NCBI GenBank assembly: GCA_040882265.1
Contig: JBBEBO010000157.1
Coordinates: 14,778 to 78,777 of the forward strand
From: Brumimicrobium sp.
Lineage (GTDB): Bacteria > Bacteroidota > Bacteroidia > Flavobacteriales_D > Crocinitomicaceae
Length of the DNA stretch: 64,000 nt
Direction of reading: 5' to 3'
Shown here one piece after another: positions 9,065 to 20,135 of the stretch. The first letter of the stretch is position 1; each line of letters begins with the position of its first letter. Both the position numbers and the translations under genes were made by a program. The notes below the pieces were generated by a model, which saw only the letters and a program-made list of their open reading frames with translations, searched no databases and had not been told where the DNA came from.

Positions 9065-10708
9065 TTGAAACGTATAGGTCTTAAATACATTGTAATTCTA
9101 ACAAGCACGGCGCTTCTTGTTCTTGTAAGTTTACAACTTTATCAAGCAAAACAACTTTATAATCAAAAGTCAGAAGAATTCAATTCACACATAGACAATG
9201 TTTTATCAAAAGTTGCTATCCGCCATGAAAAAGCTTCTGACCTAAAAAGATATTCCTCGTTCTTCAACAAAGACTTCAGTGGGCAGTACAAAAAAGCGCT
9301 AAAACAAGAGTTTCAAAATTTAGTTCCAGTAAGGGAGTCTGTTTCTATTCGAGACACCACGATTCAAGAAGATGGTAGAGGTGTGAAATACCTGTATATA
9401 ACAGGAAAATCTTACGATTCTTTAACTGATGTAACAGCAAATCATAGTGTTCTTGCAAGAGATATTAGTGAGCTAGGTACTTTAATTAAAATGGGTGCAG
9501 ATGATAAAAAAAAGAATCAACCCGACTCAACAGACTTAGCATATCAACTTGATAAAAATGTTATTTCTAGCTTATTTAAAAAGTCTAAATATATTAACGA
9601 GATGATGGTGAGTGCATTTAGAACTGCAGATTTTCTGTCTCCATCTCAGCGAGTTGATTTAGCTTTTTTAGACTCAATGATTGCAAAGACATTTGAATAT
9701 GAAAAGTTAGAAACCAAATACAATTATGCTATTCTAAATGAAGAATCAGAAATTGTAAACTTTCCGTCCTTTACAGACAAGTATAATATTGATATAGATA
9801 CAACTAGGAGTAAATCAGTAAGACTTTATCCAGGCAATATTTTTGACGAAGAATTGACATTACATGTATCTTTTCCAAGTAAAGGGAGTATTTTATTTAA
9901 TGAAATGTGGCTTACATTAACCGTGAGTATACTTTTAGTTATATTAGTTGTAATTTCTTTTTATGCAATGTTTAGAACCATTATATATCAACGTAGATTA
10001 GCGATAGTTAAAAGTGACTTTATAAGTAACATGACTCATGAATTTAAAACTCCAATAAGTACTATTTCGTTAGCTTGTGAAGCTATGAGGGATCAAGATA
10101 TGACGAAAGAAGATGTTGAATCAATCAAGCCATATGTTAAAATGATTGATGAAGAAAATAAAAGATTGGGAGGTCTAGTAGAGCAAATTTTAAAAACGTC
10201 CGTGCTGGACAAAGGCGAACTTCAACTAAAAAGACAAAAACTTGAACTCAACGATATTGTAACAACGGCAGTACGTAAAGCTAAAATTAGAGTTCCTGAA
10301 AACAAAGGGAAAATTACGCTAAACCAAGCTCCAGGGATGCTTTATTTTGAAGGAGATGAAGTGCACACAACTAATTTAGTGTCAAATTTAATTGACAATG
10401 CAATAAAGTACAGTAAGAAAGAAGTTGATATCACTATAACAACTGAAAAAACAAACGATGAATACAAGCTGATTGTTGAGGATAAAGGCATAGGAATAAA
10501 AAATGAACACTTAGATAAAATATTTGATAAATTATATCGTGTACCTACTGGTAATATTCATAACGTAAAAGGATTTGGTTTAGGATTAAGTTACGTTAAA
10601 GCTATTGCCACAATGGAAGATTGGAGAATTAAGGTTAAAAGTAAATTTGGAGAAGGATCAACCTTCACACTAATAATCAATACAAATAAAAACAAAAAAA
10701 ATGAGTGA
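9065..10708 (+). CDS. Sensor histidine kinase (RprX-like, inferred)
   Basis: Two TMs; H-box THEFKTP; N-box NLIDNAIKY; DKGIG and GFGLGL boxes; TTG start. Confidence 0.9.
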   Translation: MKRIGLKYIVILTSTALLVLVSLQLYQAKQLYNQKSEEFNSHIDNVLSKVAIRHEKASDLKRYSSFFNKDFSGQYKKALKQEFQNLVPVRESVSIRDTTIQEDGRGVKYLYITGKSYDSLTDVTANHSVLARDISELGTLIKMGADDKKKNQPDSTDLAYQLDKNVISSLFKKSKYINEMMVSAFRTADFLSPSQRVDLAFLDSMIAKTFEYEKLETKYNYAILNEESEIVNFPSFTDKYNIDIDTTRSKSVRLYPGNIFDEELTLHVSFPSKGSILFNEMWLTLTVSILLVILVVISFYAMFRTIIYQRRLAIVKSDFISNMTHEFKTPISTISLACEAMRDQDMTKEDVESIKPYVKMIDEENKRLGGLVEQILKTSVLDKGELQLKRQKLELNDIVTTAVRKAKIRVPENKGKITLNQAPGMLYFEGDEVHTTNLVSNLIDNAIKYSKKEVDITITTEKTNDEYKLIVEDKGIGIKNEHLDKIFDKLYRVPTGNIHNVKGFGLGLSYVKAIATMEDWRIKVKSKFGEGSTFTLIINTNKNKKNE

Positions 10709-11393
10709 TAAAGTTAAAATTTTATTAGCTGAAGATGATAGTAATCTTGGATTGTTGTTAAACTCTTTTATCAAAGCCAAAGGGTTTGATGTTGACCTAG
10801 CTCATGATGGTAAGCAGGCACTAGAAAAGTTTAATAATCAAAACTATCAATTTATAATATTAGACGTAATGATGCCCGAAATGGATGGATTTACTGTTGC
10901 TAAAGAAGTAAGGAATGTTGATAAAAAAATACCTATTCTCTTTCTTACAGCTAAAACAATGAAAGAAGATAAATTAGAAGGATTTTCAATAGGAGCTGAC
11001 GATTATCTAACAAAGCCTTTTAGTATGGAGGAGTTAGTTGCAAGGATTGAAGCAATCATTAAACGCTCTGAAATAAATAATTCGCCATTTCGAAAGGAAT
11101 TTATTATTGGTAAATTTATTTTTGACCCTGAAAAAAGAACAATTTCCATAGATGAAAACGAAGAGCGTTTAACGACAAAAGAAAATCACTTACTTAAGTT
11201 ACTTACTAAAAATAAAAATCAAGTGCTAGATCGTCAGGCAGCACTTCGAGCTATTTGGGGCGATGACAATTATTTTAATGGAAGAAGTATGGATGTTTAC
11301 ATTGCTAAACTGCGAAAAATTCTTAGGCAAGACGAATCTATTGAAATAATGAATGTTCACGGTAAAGGATTTAAGTTAATTGACAGAAACTAA
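10701..11393 (+). CDS. OmpR-family response regulator (RprY-like, inferred)
   Basis: ILLAEDD, ILDVMMP and GADDYLTKPF receiver motifs; winged-helix C-terminus; overlaps the kinase by 8 nt. Confidence 0.92.
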   Translation: MSDKVKILLAEDDSNLGLLLNSFIKAKGFDVDLAHDGKQALEKFNNQNYQFIILDVMMPEMDGFTVAKEVRNVDKKIPILFLTAKTMKEDKLEGFSIGADDYLTKPFSMEELVARIEAIIKRSEINNSPFRKEFIIGKFIFDPEKRTISIDENEERLTTKENHLLKLLTKNKNQVLDRQAALRAIWGDDNYFNGRSMDVYIAKLRKILRQDESIEIMNVHGKGFKLIDRN

Positions 11394-11492
11394 GATAGTC
11401 TCTTATAGGGGTTCAATGCCTTTATTTAAAAGAGAATTCCCACATGGCATGAGATTTGGTGTTTTTAGATTATAATTTTAAAAACTATAATT

Positions 11493-12206
11493 ATGATCGC
11501 GAAAAAAAATCCCAAATTCCAAGAGGGTAACAACCGTGGAATTTATTTTCAGTTAGGCATGCTAATAACTGGAACATCTCTTTTAATGGCTTTTACATGG
11601 AAAACCCCTGTGAACAAGAACTATAAATCAACTGATGAAAGAATTGCTGAAGTTCCAACTATTGAGGTAGTCAAAGAGAAAGTTGAAAAGCCAATTGAAA
11701 TACCAAAAGTTGAAAAACAACAACCTCAAAAATCACCTGACCCAATAACTGTTAAAGCCCTTACAGCCTTTATTAACCCTATTGATAATAAAGATAAGAA
11801 TGAAAAGGTTGATGTAAAACACAAACTAAACAAGGGTGATATAGTTGGTTTAGGTGGAGATATTGATGATCTCGGTGATCCACCAAAGCTTGATGAAGTT
11901 GTTAAATTTCCAGATAGAGAGGCTAAGTTTAATGGAAATTGGAAACAGTTTTTAAGCAAAAACGTTGTTTATCCAACTGCTTCTAAAGAATGGGGTGATC
12001 AAGGGGCTGTTCATGTATCTTTCGTAGTAGAAAAAGATGGCTCTGTTACAGATGTTGATGTTTTAAACAAAGAACGAGTAACAAAAGAATTGCAAGAAGA
12101 AGCAATAAGAGTGGTTAAATCTTCTCCAAACTGGGTTCCTGGAACTTTAAATGGAGAATATGTTCGTTCTTATGCTAATGTAAAGATTAACTTTATACTT
12201 GAGTAA
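11493..12206 (+). CDS. Energy transducer TonB family protein
   Basis: N-terminal TM, Pro/Lys/Glu-rich linker, TonB_C domain 'YP...QGAVHVSFVVEKDG...PG'. Confidence 0.85.
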   Translation: MIAKKNPKFQEGNNRGIYFQLGMLITGTSLLMAFTWKTPVNKNYKSTDERIAEVPTIEVVKEKVEKPIEIPKVEKQQPQKSPDPITVKALTAFINPIDNKDKNEKVDVKHKLNKGDIVGLGGDIDDLGDPPKLDEVVKFPDREAKFNGNWKQFLSKNVVYPTASKEWGDQGAVHVSFVVEKDGSVTDVDVLNKERVTKELQEEAIRVVKSSPNWVPGTLNGEYVRSYANVKINFILE

Positions 12207-12250
12207 GTGAACCCTTCTAGGTTTTAACTATTTTCGAGTAATATTAAAAT

Positions 12251-12283
12251 AAAAAAGAGAGGTTTTCGACCTCTCTTTTTTTA
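12251..12283. terminator. Bidirectional intrinsic terminator
   Basis: AAAAAAGAGAGGT-TTTCG-ACCTCTCTTTTTT between convergent genes. Confidence 0.9.
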
Positions 12284-12301
12284 TTGAATAAATATTGATT
12301 T

Positions 12302-13996
12302 CTATTTGTTCACCACAACTCTTCTTGAACTTACCCCACTTGATGAGCTCACATTGACTGTATAAACACCATTGTTTAATTGTGAAACATCTATAGACGT
12401 ATTTGTAGAGGCTTTGCTGATTTTAGACTCATAAACCACTTTGCCTAACATATCAACAATTGAAATACTTTGCTTTCCTCCAATGTTTTCAAAAGAAACA
12501 TTTAATTCTTTAGCAACAGGGTTAGGAAAAACAGACAGTTCTGATAAATCACCATTATCGTTTAAGTCTGCCAACTTGTTTAATTCTAACAAGTCCCCTC
12601 CAGAAGCAAAAGCAACCCACAAACCAAATACAGAACCATCTTCATTAACAGCTGGATCGAAAAACCCAGAAGCAAGAACTGTGATTGCACTGTCTGCGAG
12701 CGCAGTTAAATCTGCTTCATAGGTATCAATAGTCGTTCCAGTTGAAATAACACTTAAAAGGTGTTCTTGTGGGTCAAGTTCTACATATCCTTGTGCCTCT
12801 CCATAACTAATAGATGTCGCCAAAGGTCCTTCTGGAACAAGTGTCTCTTCTACATCAACTGTAGGAGCATCAGTGGATCCATGATATATTAAAACGTCTA
12901 CTTTCCCATTGTTTTCTGCTTCTTCTCGAGCAGCTTCAATTGGAATTAGTTCGAAAGGTGTATTTGGATCATAATTTCCAGAACCTATTATTCCACTTGC
13001 AACTACAATGTAGGTCTTACTGCTTTCTAGTAAGAAATCTTCGTCGTAAATCGCATCGCCAACACTTGCGCTATTCTCTGGCGCAACAGCTAAATTAAAA
13101 GACTCACCAGCTGGTGCATCCATAAATGCTGATGCTGTTCTAAATTCAAAGTTATTTAAAAGCGGTGTCGCTCCAGCATTTAAATATACATCAACTGCAC
13201 TTGCGTCTTGTGCCGCTGAATTGTGGATTGCTTGTAAACGTGCAGGTGTAGTTGCTTCAGTTGGCAACAAGGTAACTGTACCATCTTCGGCCACAGCCAT
13301 TAATCCAAAAAGCTCAGTTCCAACTGCTGATCCTGGATCTGCATAGCCTGTTGCTAAAACTGTAACTGATTCATCAGCAAATCCTGATAATGGAGCAGAA
13401 AACTGGCTTTCTACTACTGTGTTATCCATCAACCTCACCTGAATACTATAATCTAATGCAGGTAAATCGGAGTATCCTGTATCATCTCCAAACTCAAACC
13501 CTGGAACTAAAACGGATGCATTGTTAGCATCATAAACATTTACTTCTGGAGCATCGTAGGATGAATGAATAATATTAAGATCTGTATTGCCAGCAGTTGT
13601 TGATCCTTCTAGTCCAGCGTATGTACGTAAATCAAATTCTGTTGCTCCCGTTTCTGCTAATCCTCCAGATGCAACGATAACATAAGCTTGACCGTTATTT
13701 AAAGTGAAATTTTTCTCATAAAGTACAAGTGAATTATCCGTTGTTGGATCATAAGTTGCGTCATTAGATGCCGAGGGATCACAGACGTAGAGTGTAAATT
13801 GCATTCCAAAAGGAGCGTCAATATATGGACTCGCTTCTTGATAGGAAATGTCATCAAAAGCTACATTGTCATCTAAATATACATCAACTGTTCCAGCCAT
13901 TGGATCTGGACAATTATGTATGGCTTGCACTCGTGCTTGACCTATAGCCATTGTACCAGCAAGTAAACTACTGATTAAAAGAGTAAAATTTTTCAT
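12302..13996 (-). CDS. DUF4397-repeat secreted protein with T9SS sorting domain
   Basis: Repeated 'ARVQAIHN...VDVYL', 'IIHSSYDAPEVNV' and 'HGSTDAPTVDV' units; C-terminal 'VFPNPV...NGVYTV'. Confidence 0.8.
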   Translation of the reverse strand: MKNFTLLISSLLAGTMAIGQARVQAIHNCPDPMAGTVDVYLDDNVAFDDISYQEASPYIDAPFGMQFTLYVCDPSASNDATYDPTTDNSLVLYEKNFTLNNGQAYVIVASGGLAETGATEFDLRTYAGLEGSTTAGNTDLNIIHSSYDAPEVNVYDANNASVLVPGFEFGDDTGYSDLPALDYSIQVRLMDNTVVESQFSAPLSGFADESVTVLATGYADPGSAVGTELFGLMAVAEDGTVTLLPTEATTPARLQAIHNSAAQDASAVDVYLNAGATPLLNNFEFRTASAFMDAPAGESFNLAVAPENSASVGDAIYDEDFLLESSKTYIVVASGIIGSGNYDPNTPFELIPIEAAREEAENNGKVDVLIYHGSTDAPTVDVEETLVPEGPLATSISYGEAQGYVELDPQEHLLSVISTGTTIDTYEADLTALADSAITVLASGFFDPAVNEDGSVFGLWVAFASGGDLLELNKLADLNDNGDLSELSVFPNPVAKELNVSFENIGGKQSISIVDMLGKVVYESKISKASTNTSIDVSQLNNGVYTVNVSSSSGVSSRRVVVNK

Positions 13997-14125
13997 TTTT
14001 TTTCATTTTAAGTTAATAATTAATTTCTAAACAATATAGGCTTTAAAAAGTTGATAGCCTAAGGGTTGAAAACACGCTTAAGTTATAAAAATGACAATTT
14101 AAAACAAAGTAAATGAAGAAATAAT

Positions 14126-15685
14126 TTACCTTAATGGCAATATAATTCTGAAAGTTGTACCTCTATCTATTTCAGAATTTATTACTTTAAGATGTCCTTT
14201 GTGATATTCGTTGATAATTCTTTTTGCTAGAGATAAGCCCAAGCCCCACCCTCGTTTTTTAGTGGTATAGCCTGGTTGAAAAACACTTCGCTGTTGTCTT
14301 GGTGTCATTCCTTTACCGGTGTCGGTAATATCAATATAAACCTTTTCTTCAGAACTTGATATTTTAACGATCAACAACCCACTTCCCTCCATAGCATCAA
14401 TTGCATTTTTACAAATGTTCTCAATCACCCATTCAAACAATGGTGGATTATGTGCTGTAATTATTTCATCTGTATCAGTTTCAAATCTAAGTTCGACCTT
14501 TTGCGGAAGACGTGTTTTTAAATATGATAGAAATAAACGTGTTGTTTTAACTATATCTGTTTTTTTCAATTGTGTTCCAGCACCAATCTTTGAAAACCTA
14601 TCCGTAACCTGAGATAATCTCTTTACATCTTTATTCATCTCAAATGGAATACTTTTATCGATATCCATTTCTTCTAATAACTGAATCCAAGCCATTAGTG
14701 AAGAAATTGGAGTCCCTAATTGATGAGCCGTTTCTTTTGCCATACCAGCCCAAACCTGATTCTGTTCAGCTTTTCGGAATGTACTAAAAATGACATATCC
14801 GATAAAAACAAATAGTCCAATAATTAAAAATTGAATATAAGGGAAGTACTGAAGCTGTGTTAGTTCGGGGCTATTTGCATAATAAACAAAGTTTTGATTG
14901 TCTTCTGAAAACTGTATAGTAATTGGTTTATTGTCATTTGATAATTGATTTAACTTTTGCTCTAATTTGCCTGATTTGAGTTCTTCATCGTCTAAATTTG
15001 TGGCAATTATGTTTTTTCTGGTACTGTCTGTCAGAATAACGGGCACAAGATCTGCATTTTCAATCAATTCATTGTTAAAGGCATTAATTAGTGAGTCCCT
15101 CTCGTTCTCTAACCGTAATATATCTTTTGAATCATTGTAAAAATAGGTCATAAATAGCCCTTCATAAATTTCACTCGTGAAAGAAGGATTAATTTTTTCC
15201 CAGCTGTATGCCAATTTGACTAAAGAGTCTTCAAACTTTCTTTTGACTTCCTCTTCAGATAGGTTAGGGTTGTCTTTTTGAAAAGTTTTAATTGTGAAAT
15301 CGAGGTTGATGTGTGTAGATACTTCATCATATTGATCGAGTACAATAACAGGAATATCATTGTTTCTGTTTATAATTTGTAATGGTAGATTGTAAGATTG
15401 TTGAGTATTTAAAGGCGAGGCCTTAGAAATCTCTTTGGTAGCAGCTACCCAAAGTTCCATTTCGGAGAGTTCTTTTTCCCGAAGTTCATCAAAGGAATTG
15501 TTGGTTAGTCTGACTAATTCCGCCCTCTTTTTAATGGCATCGGCCCATTGTGTAACTCTTCCACGTTCTCTCTGTGCTACCTTGGATACAATATTGTTGG
15601 ATACAAACAATGATACCCCTACCAATACTAAGGCTAAGAACAGCAATACTATTTTCCATTTCTGCTTATTGGAGTATAATTTCAT
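14126..15685 (-). CDS. Orphan membrane sensor histidine kinase
   Basis: H-box AHQLGTP; ENICKNAIDA; DTGKG; GWGLGL; two TMs; no adjacent response regulator. Confidence 0.9.
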   Translation of the reverse strand: MKLYSNKQKWKIVLLFLALVLVGVSLFVSNNIVSKVAQRERGRVTQWADAIKKRAELVRLTNNSFDELREKELSEMELWVAATKEISKASPLNTQQSYNLPLQIINRNNDIPVIVLDQYDEVSTHINLDFTIKTFQKDNPNLSEEEVKRKFEDSLVKLAYSWEKINPSFTSEIYEGLFMTYFYNDSKDILRLENERDSLINAFNNELIENADLVPVILTDSTRKNIIATNLDDEELKSGKLEQKLNQLSNDNKPITIQFSEDNQNFVYYANSPELTQLQYFPYIQFLIIGLFVFIGYVIFSTFRKAEQNQVWAGMAKETAHQLGTPISSLMAWIQLLEEMDIDKSIPFEMNKDVKRLSQVTDRFSKIGAGTQLKKTDIVKTTRLFLSYLKTRLPQKVELRFETDTDEIITAHNPPLFEWVIENICKNAIDAMEGSGLLIVKISSSEEKVYIDITDTGKGMTPRQQRSVFQPGYTTKKRGWGLGLSLAKRIINEYHKGHLKVINSEIDRGTTFRIILPLR

Positions 15686-15928
15686 CAGGGATAAAAATAC
15701 AATTATTTAAATAACGATTCATAAACGTTAATATTGAAGTCTGGTTAAGTTTTACTATAAATGAGCTTCATTTAAAAGTCAATGTTAGAAACACTGTTCC
15801 TTGGTAGTTCTGCATCTGCAATAGCGTATTGTTTAGGCTTTGTGTTAGAACAAATTTTTATTGGTTGAACCGTTCTTTTGAAATAATATATGCTTATACT
15901 TGAATAAGAATTATAAACATAAGTTAAT

Positions 15929-16786
15929 ATGATACGCGCAATTTTAATATTTCTTCCCTTATTTTTCGTCAATGGGCTCTTTTCTCAACAAATTAAAGCC
16001 TATCAATTGTACAATAGTAAAGGAAAGAAGATCTCTTTTGAGAAAATGAATTCATCACTTAAAGAAAAAGATATAATACTTTTCGGGGAGCTGCACAACA
16101 ATCCGATTGCTCATTGGATGCAGTTAGAACTCACTAAAACTTTAAATAAAGAAGAAAAGATTACGCTTGGTGCAGAAATGTTAGAAAGTGATAATCAAGA
16201 CGCATTAAACAAATATATCTCTAGCGAAATTGACCAAAAAGGGTTGGATACGCTAGCGAGGCTGTGGAGCAATTATAAAACTGACTACAAACCACTTGTT
16301 GATTACGCAAAATCAAATGATATAGATTTTATAGCGACTAACATTCCCAGAAGGTATGCTAGTTTAGTATACAAAAAATCATTTGAAGCGTTGGATAGCC
16401 TTTCAAATGAAGAAAAAGAATGGATTGCTCCACTACCTATTCTTTACGACCCTGAACTTTCTAGCTATAAAAAAATGTTAACAATGATGAGCGATCACGC
16501 CAACGAAAATTTCCCAAAAGCACAGGCTATAAAAGACGCTACAATGGCTCATTTTATATATGAAAATTTTAAAGAAAATAATTCATCTTTTCTTCATTTT
16601 AACGGAGCATACCACAGTGATAACTACGAAGGAATATATTGGTATTTGAAACAACTAAATGATGAATTAAATATTTCGACAATTACAACTGTTTCACAAA
16701 AAGATGTGTCTATTCTAGTAGATGAAAACAAAAACGTAGCTGATTTTATCCTTGTAGTAGATGAAGATATGACGACTACACATTAA
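15929..16786 (+). CDS. ChaN/PhuW family (Tiki superfamily) exported protein
   Basis: ILFGELHNNP, LGAEM, IATNIPR and HFNGAYHS motifs; signal peptide. Confidence 0.85.
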   Translation: MIRAILIFLPLFFVNGLFSQQIKAYQLYNSKGKKISFEKMNSSLKEKDIILFGELHNNPIAHWMQLELTKTLNKEEKITLGAEMLESDNQDALNKYISSEIDQKGLDTLARLWSNYKTDYKPLVDYAKSNDIDFIATNIPRRYASLVYKKSFEALDSLSNEEKEWIAPLPILYDPELSSYKKMLTMMSDHANENFPKAQAIKDATMAHFIYENFKENNSSFLHFNGAYHSDNYEGIYWYLKQLNDELNISTITTVSQKDVSILVDENKNVADFILVVDEDMTTTH

Positions 16787-16850
16787 TTTTCTAATAACAA
16801 ACCTTAAAGGTTAATGTTATTAAAGTGGTTAATTTAAGCTTTAAAGACAT

Positions 16851-17750
16851 ATGAAAATACCTGCATTTTTAAAGAAAGGAGATACTGTAGCAATTGTTGC
16901 TCCTGCCAAAGCCATTGAAAAGAAATATATTGATAATGCGAAGAATTTTTGGGAAGAGAAAGGCTTTAAGGTGAAAATTGGAACAAATTGTTCAGGAAAA
17001 TCTAATTATTTTTCTGGAACAGATGCAGAACGTACTCAAGACCTTCAAACTGCTATTAACGATGAATCTGTTAAAGCTATAATCTGCGCCAGAGGAGGCT
17101 ATGGGTGTGTGCGCATAGTTGACAGAATAAACTGGGCTTCTTTTTTGAATGATCCGAAGTGGATTGTTGGTTTTAGCGATATTACTGTTTTTCATCAGCG
17201 ATTAGCAAAATTAAACATTGGCTCTTTACATGCTTCAATGCCTCTAAACTATATGGAGAACACATCTGAATCATTGTTGTCTATGGTTGATGTACTTAAA
17301 GGGAGTCAGACGAATTATCAATGGAAAAGCTCAACTAAAAACAAAAATGGTACAGTTACTGGTCAACTAATCGGAGGGAATATGGCTGTTTTAAACGGAC
17401 TTATTGGAACTAACGAAATGCCTGATTATTGCGATAAAATACTGTTTTTGGAAGAAGTTGGTGAACACCTTTACAAGCTGGATCGAATGTTTTTTCAGTT
17501 GCAGAAGAGTGGTGTTTTGGATCAAATTCGCGGGTTAGTTCTAGGTGGTTTTACAAGTACAAAAGATACTGATGTTCCATTTGGCAAACCTTTTGAGGAA
17601 ATCGTTAAAGAACATTTCCAGTATAAAAACATACCTTTAGCATTTGATTTTCCTGCAGGACATCAAATTGATAATCGAGCGCTTGTCTTTGGAGAAACCG
17701 TCCAATTCAAAGTTGATGATAATGAGTGCAGCTTAATTAGCTTGACTTGA
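16851..17750 (+). CDS. LD-carboxypeptidase (peptidase S66)
   Basis: ARGGYG, VGFSDIT, GGN, FLEEVGE and PAGH catalytic motifs. Confidence 0.93.
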   Translation: MKIPAFLKKGDTVAIVAPAKAIEKKYIDNAKNFWEEKGFKVKIGTNCSGKSNYFSGTDAERTQDLQTAINDESVKAIICARGGYGCVRIVDRINWASFLNDPKWIVGFSDITVFHQRLAKLNIGSLHASMPLNYMENTSESLLSMVDVLKGSQTNYQWKSSTKNKNGTVTGQLIGGNMAVLNGLIGTNEMPDYCDKILFLEEVGEHLYKLDRMFFQLQKSGVLDQIRGLVLGGFTSTKDTDVPFGKPFEEIVKEHFQYKNIPLAFDFPAGHQIDNRALVFGETVQFKVDDNECSLISLT

Positions 17751-17780
17751 TGTTTTTTCATGTGAATGAGATTATAACTT

Positions 17781-17788
17781 TATATTTG
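17781..17788 (+). promoter_or_regulatory. Bacteroidota -7 promoter element
   Basis: TATATTTG matches TAnnTTTG; 4 nt before the ATG at 17793. Confidence 0.55.
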
Positions 17789-17792
17789 TTTC

Positions 17793-18914
17793 ATGGGTCA
17801 TAAAAATCGAGTCATAGTTTCTGTTACAAATGATTTGTATACTGATCAACGCGTGCATAAAGTTTGTCTTTTTTTACATGAAAAAGGGCACGATGTTTTG
17901 CTTGTTGGAAGAAAACGGAGGAATTCAATTGATTTAGAAAGACGAGATTATAAAACTAAACGTATTAAGTTGCTTTTTGAAAAAGGCGCCTTATTTTATG
18001 CGTTTTACAACTTAAGACTCTTTGTATTCTTACTTTTTAATAAATCCGATGTTCTTTTAAGTAACGACCTCGATACATTACTCGCTAATTATTTAGCTTC
18101 AAAGGTTAAGGGTAGTAAGCTGGTGTATGATACCCACGAACTTTTCACGGAAGTTCCAGAATTAGTAAGCCGTCCAAAGGTTAGGAAAATTTGGTTAAAA
18201 ATAGAAGGGTGGATATTTCCAAAACTAAAACATGTATACACTGTAAATCAATCAATTGCTGATATTTATATGAAGCGATACAACACCCACGTTAGTGTTG
18301 TAAGAAATGTTTCTCCAAAGTGGGAATCATCAAATATTTCTACAAAGAAGGAGCTTGGAATTCCAGAAAATAAAACCATTATTATACTTCAGGGAGCTGG
18401 AATAAATGTTGATCGTGGAGCTGAGGAAGCAATAGAAGCAATGAAAAGTGTTGATCATGCAGTTTTAATTATTGTAGGTGACGGTGATGTTGTTCCATCA
18501 CTTAAGCAAAGTGTTAAAGCACAATCAATGGAAGACAAAGTTATTTTTTATGGTAAAAAACCATACAATAAGTTGATGGAATACACATTTCACGCTGATA
18601 TTGGACTAACCCTCGATAAAGACACTAATCCCAATTACAAATATTCGCTTCCAAACAAGGTGTTTGATTACATACATGCAGAGACACCAATTATTTCCTC
18701 AAACCTTATTGAAATTAAACGAATAGTTGAACGACATGATGTAGGTATTGTTTTGGGTGAACACAGTTCTAAAGCTATCTCCAAGGCGATTAATAACTAT
18801 ATTGAACATCCAGATATACTACTGCAAAAAAAGAAAAATTGTAAAAAAGCAGCTAATGTAGAATGCTGGGAAAATGAAAAGAAAGTTTTAGAAGAAATTT
18901 ATATGTCAATTTAG
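17793..18914 (+). CDS. Glycosyltransferase family 4
   Basis: GT-B fold; YDTHE and 'LPNKVFDYIHAETPII' motifs. Confidence 0.9.
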   Translation: MGHKNRVIVSVTNDLYTDQRVHKVCLFLHEKGHDVLLVGRKRRNSIDLERRDYKTKRIKLLFEKGALFYAFYNLRLFVFLLFNKSDVLLSNDLDTLLANYLASKVKGSKLVYDTHELFTEVPELVSRPKVRKIWLKIEGWIFPKLKHVYTVNQSIADIYMKRYNTHVSVVRNVSPKWESSNISTKKELGIPENKTIIILQGAGINVDRGAEEAIEAMKSVDHAVLIIVGDGDVVPSLKQSVKAQSMEDKVIFYGKKPYNKLMEYTFHADIGLTLDKDTNPNYKYSLPNKVFDYIHAETPIISSNLIEIKRIVERHDVGIVLGEHSSKAISKAINNYIEHPDILLQKKKNCKKAANVECWENEKKVLEEIYMSI

Positions 18915-18995
18915 TCTTTTAATAACAGTATTTAACGCTTATAGGTTTATTTTAACTGTATTCTGCCTTATTTTCCATTATCTTCGTAACAATTA

Positions 18996-20135
18996 ATGCA
19001 AAACAAAGAACTACATATTATTTCTTTTGATGTGCCATATCCGCCTAACTACGGAGGAGCATTTGATGTCTTCCATAGAATTAAAGCACTTCATAATGAT
19101 GGTTATAAAATAACTTTACATTGTTTTGACTACGGTCGTGGAAAAGCTGCTGAATTAAATGAAATAACAAATAAAGTAATCTATTATCAACGCAAAAATA
19201 AGTTATTAAGCGCTGTTAAAAAAACACCTTTAATCGTTTCGTCAAGAGAAAATGATAAGCTTTTAACTAATTTATTAAAAGATAGTTGCCCTATATTATT
19301 TGAAGGACAACATTCAACAGCTTTTTTAAATCATGCACTTTTGAGAAACAGAACTAAGCTGGTTCGAATTCACAATGTTGAACACGAATATTACCAAGGT
19401 CTTTTTTCTAGTGAAAATAACCCTTTTCGAAAACAATATTTTAAAAACGCATCAAGACGGCTTAAGAAACATGAAAAGGAACTTTCTGCTGCACAACATT
19501 TACTGTGTATTACAGAAAAAGACACGCAATATTATCATGAAAAATTCGGAACAGCTTTCTACTTGCCTGTAGCTTTGCCATTTAATTTTTCCAAAAACAT
19601 CCCAAAACTAGAAGATTATGCGCTTTTTCATGGTAATTTAAGTGTTCCCGAAAATGAATCAGCTGTACTTTGGATCTTAGAAAAATTAGCCAGTAAAACG
19701 AAATCAAAATTTATAATTGCAGGCAAATCACCTTCAAATAAGCTGTCTAAACATATAGAAAGTTATGACAATGTATCACTTTATAGTGATGTATCTGAAC
19801 AGAAAATGGCGCAATTAAAGGCAAAAGCAAAAATTCATCTTCTAATTACATTTCAATCTACTGGGATCAAACTAAAGCTGTTAAATTCATTATGTGAAAG
19901 AGGAACAGTTATTTGTAATTCAACAATGGTAGAAGGAACAAATCTTTCAAAATTTACCGTTATTTGCAATCAACCTGAAGCTTTTCTTAATGCTATTGAA
20001 AACGAAGAGTTAAAACCAGTTAATGAAAAGGAGATTGAAGAACGACATAATTTCTTAAAGCAAAATTATAGTTATGATTTACACGTAGATATCATTAATA
20101 AAATACTTTGTCTATCTTCTGGTAAGATGCTTTAG
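18996..20135 (+). CDS. GT-B glycosyltransferase (GT4-like)
   Basis: PYPPNYGG N-terminus; RIHNVEHEY; GIKLKLLNSL. Confidence 0.85.
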   Translation: MQNKELHIISFDVPYPPNYGGAFDVFHRIKALHNDGYKITLHCFDYGRGKAAELNEITNKVIYYQRKNKLLSAVKKTPLIVSSRENDKLLTNLLKDSCPILFEGQHSTAFLNHALLRNRTKLVRIHNVEHEYYQGLFSSENNPFRKQYFKNASRRLKKHEKELSAAQHLLCITEKDTQYYHEKFGTAFYLPVALPFNFSKNIPKLEDYALFHGNLSVPENESAVLWILEKLASKTKSKFIIAGKSPSNKLSKHIESYDNVSLYSDVSEQKMAQLKAKAKIHLLITFQSTGIKLKLLNSLCERGTVICNSTMVEGTNLSKFTVICNQPEAFLNAIENEELKPVNEKEIEERHNFLKQNYSYDLHVDIINKILCLSSGKML

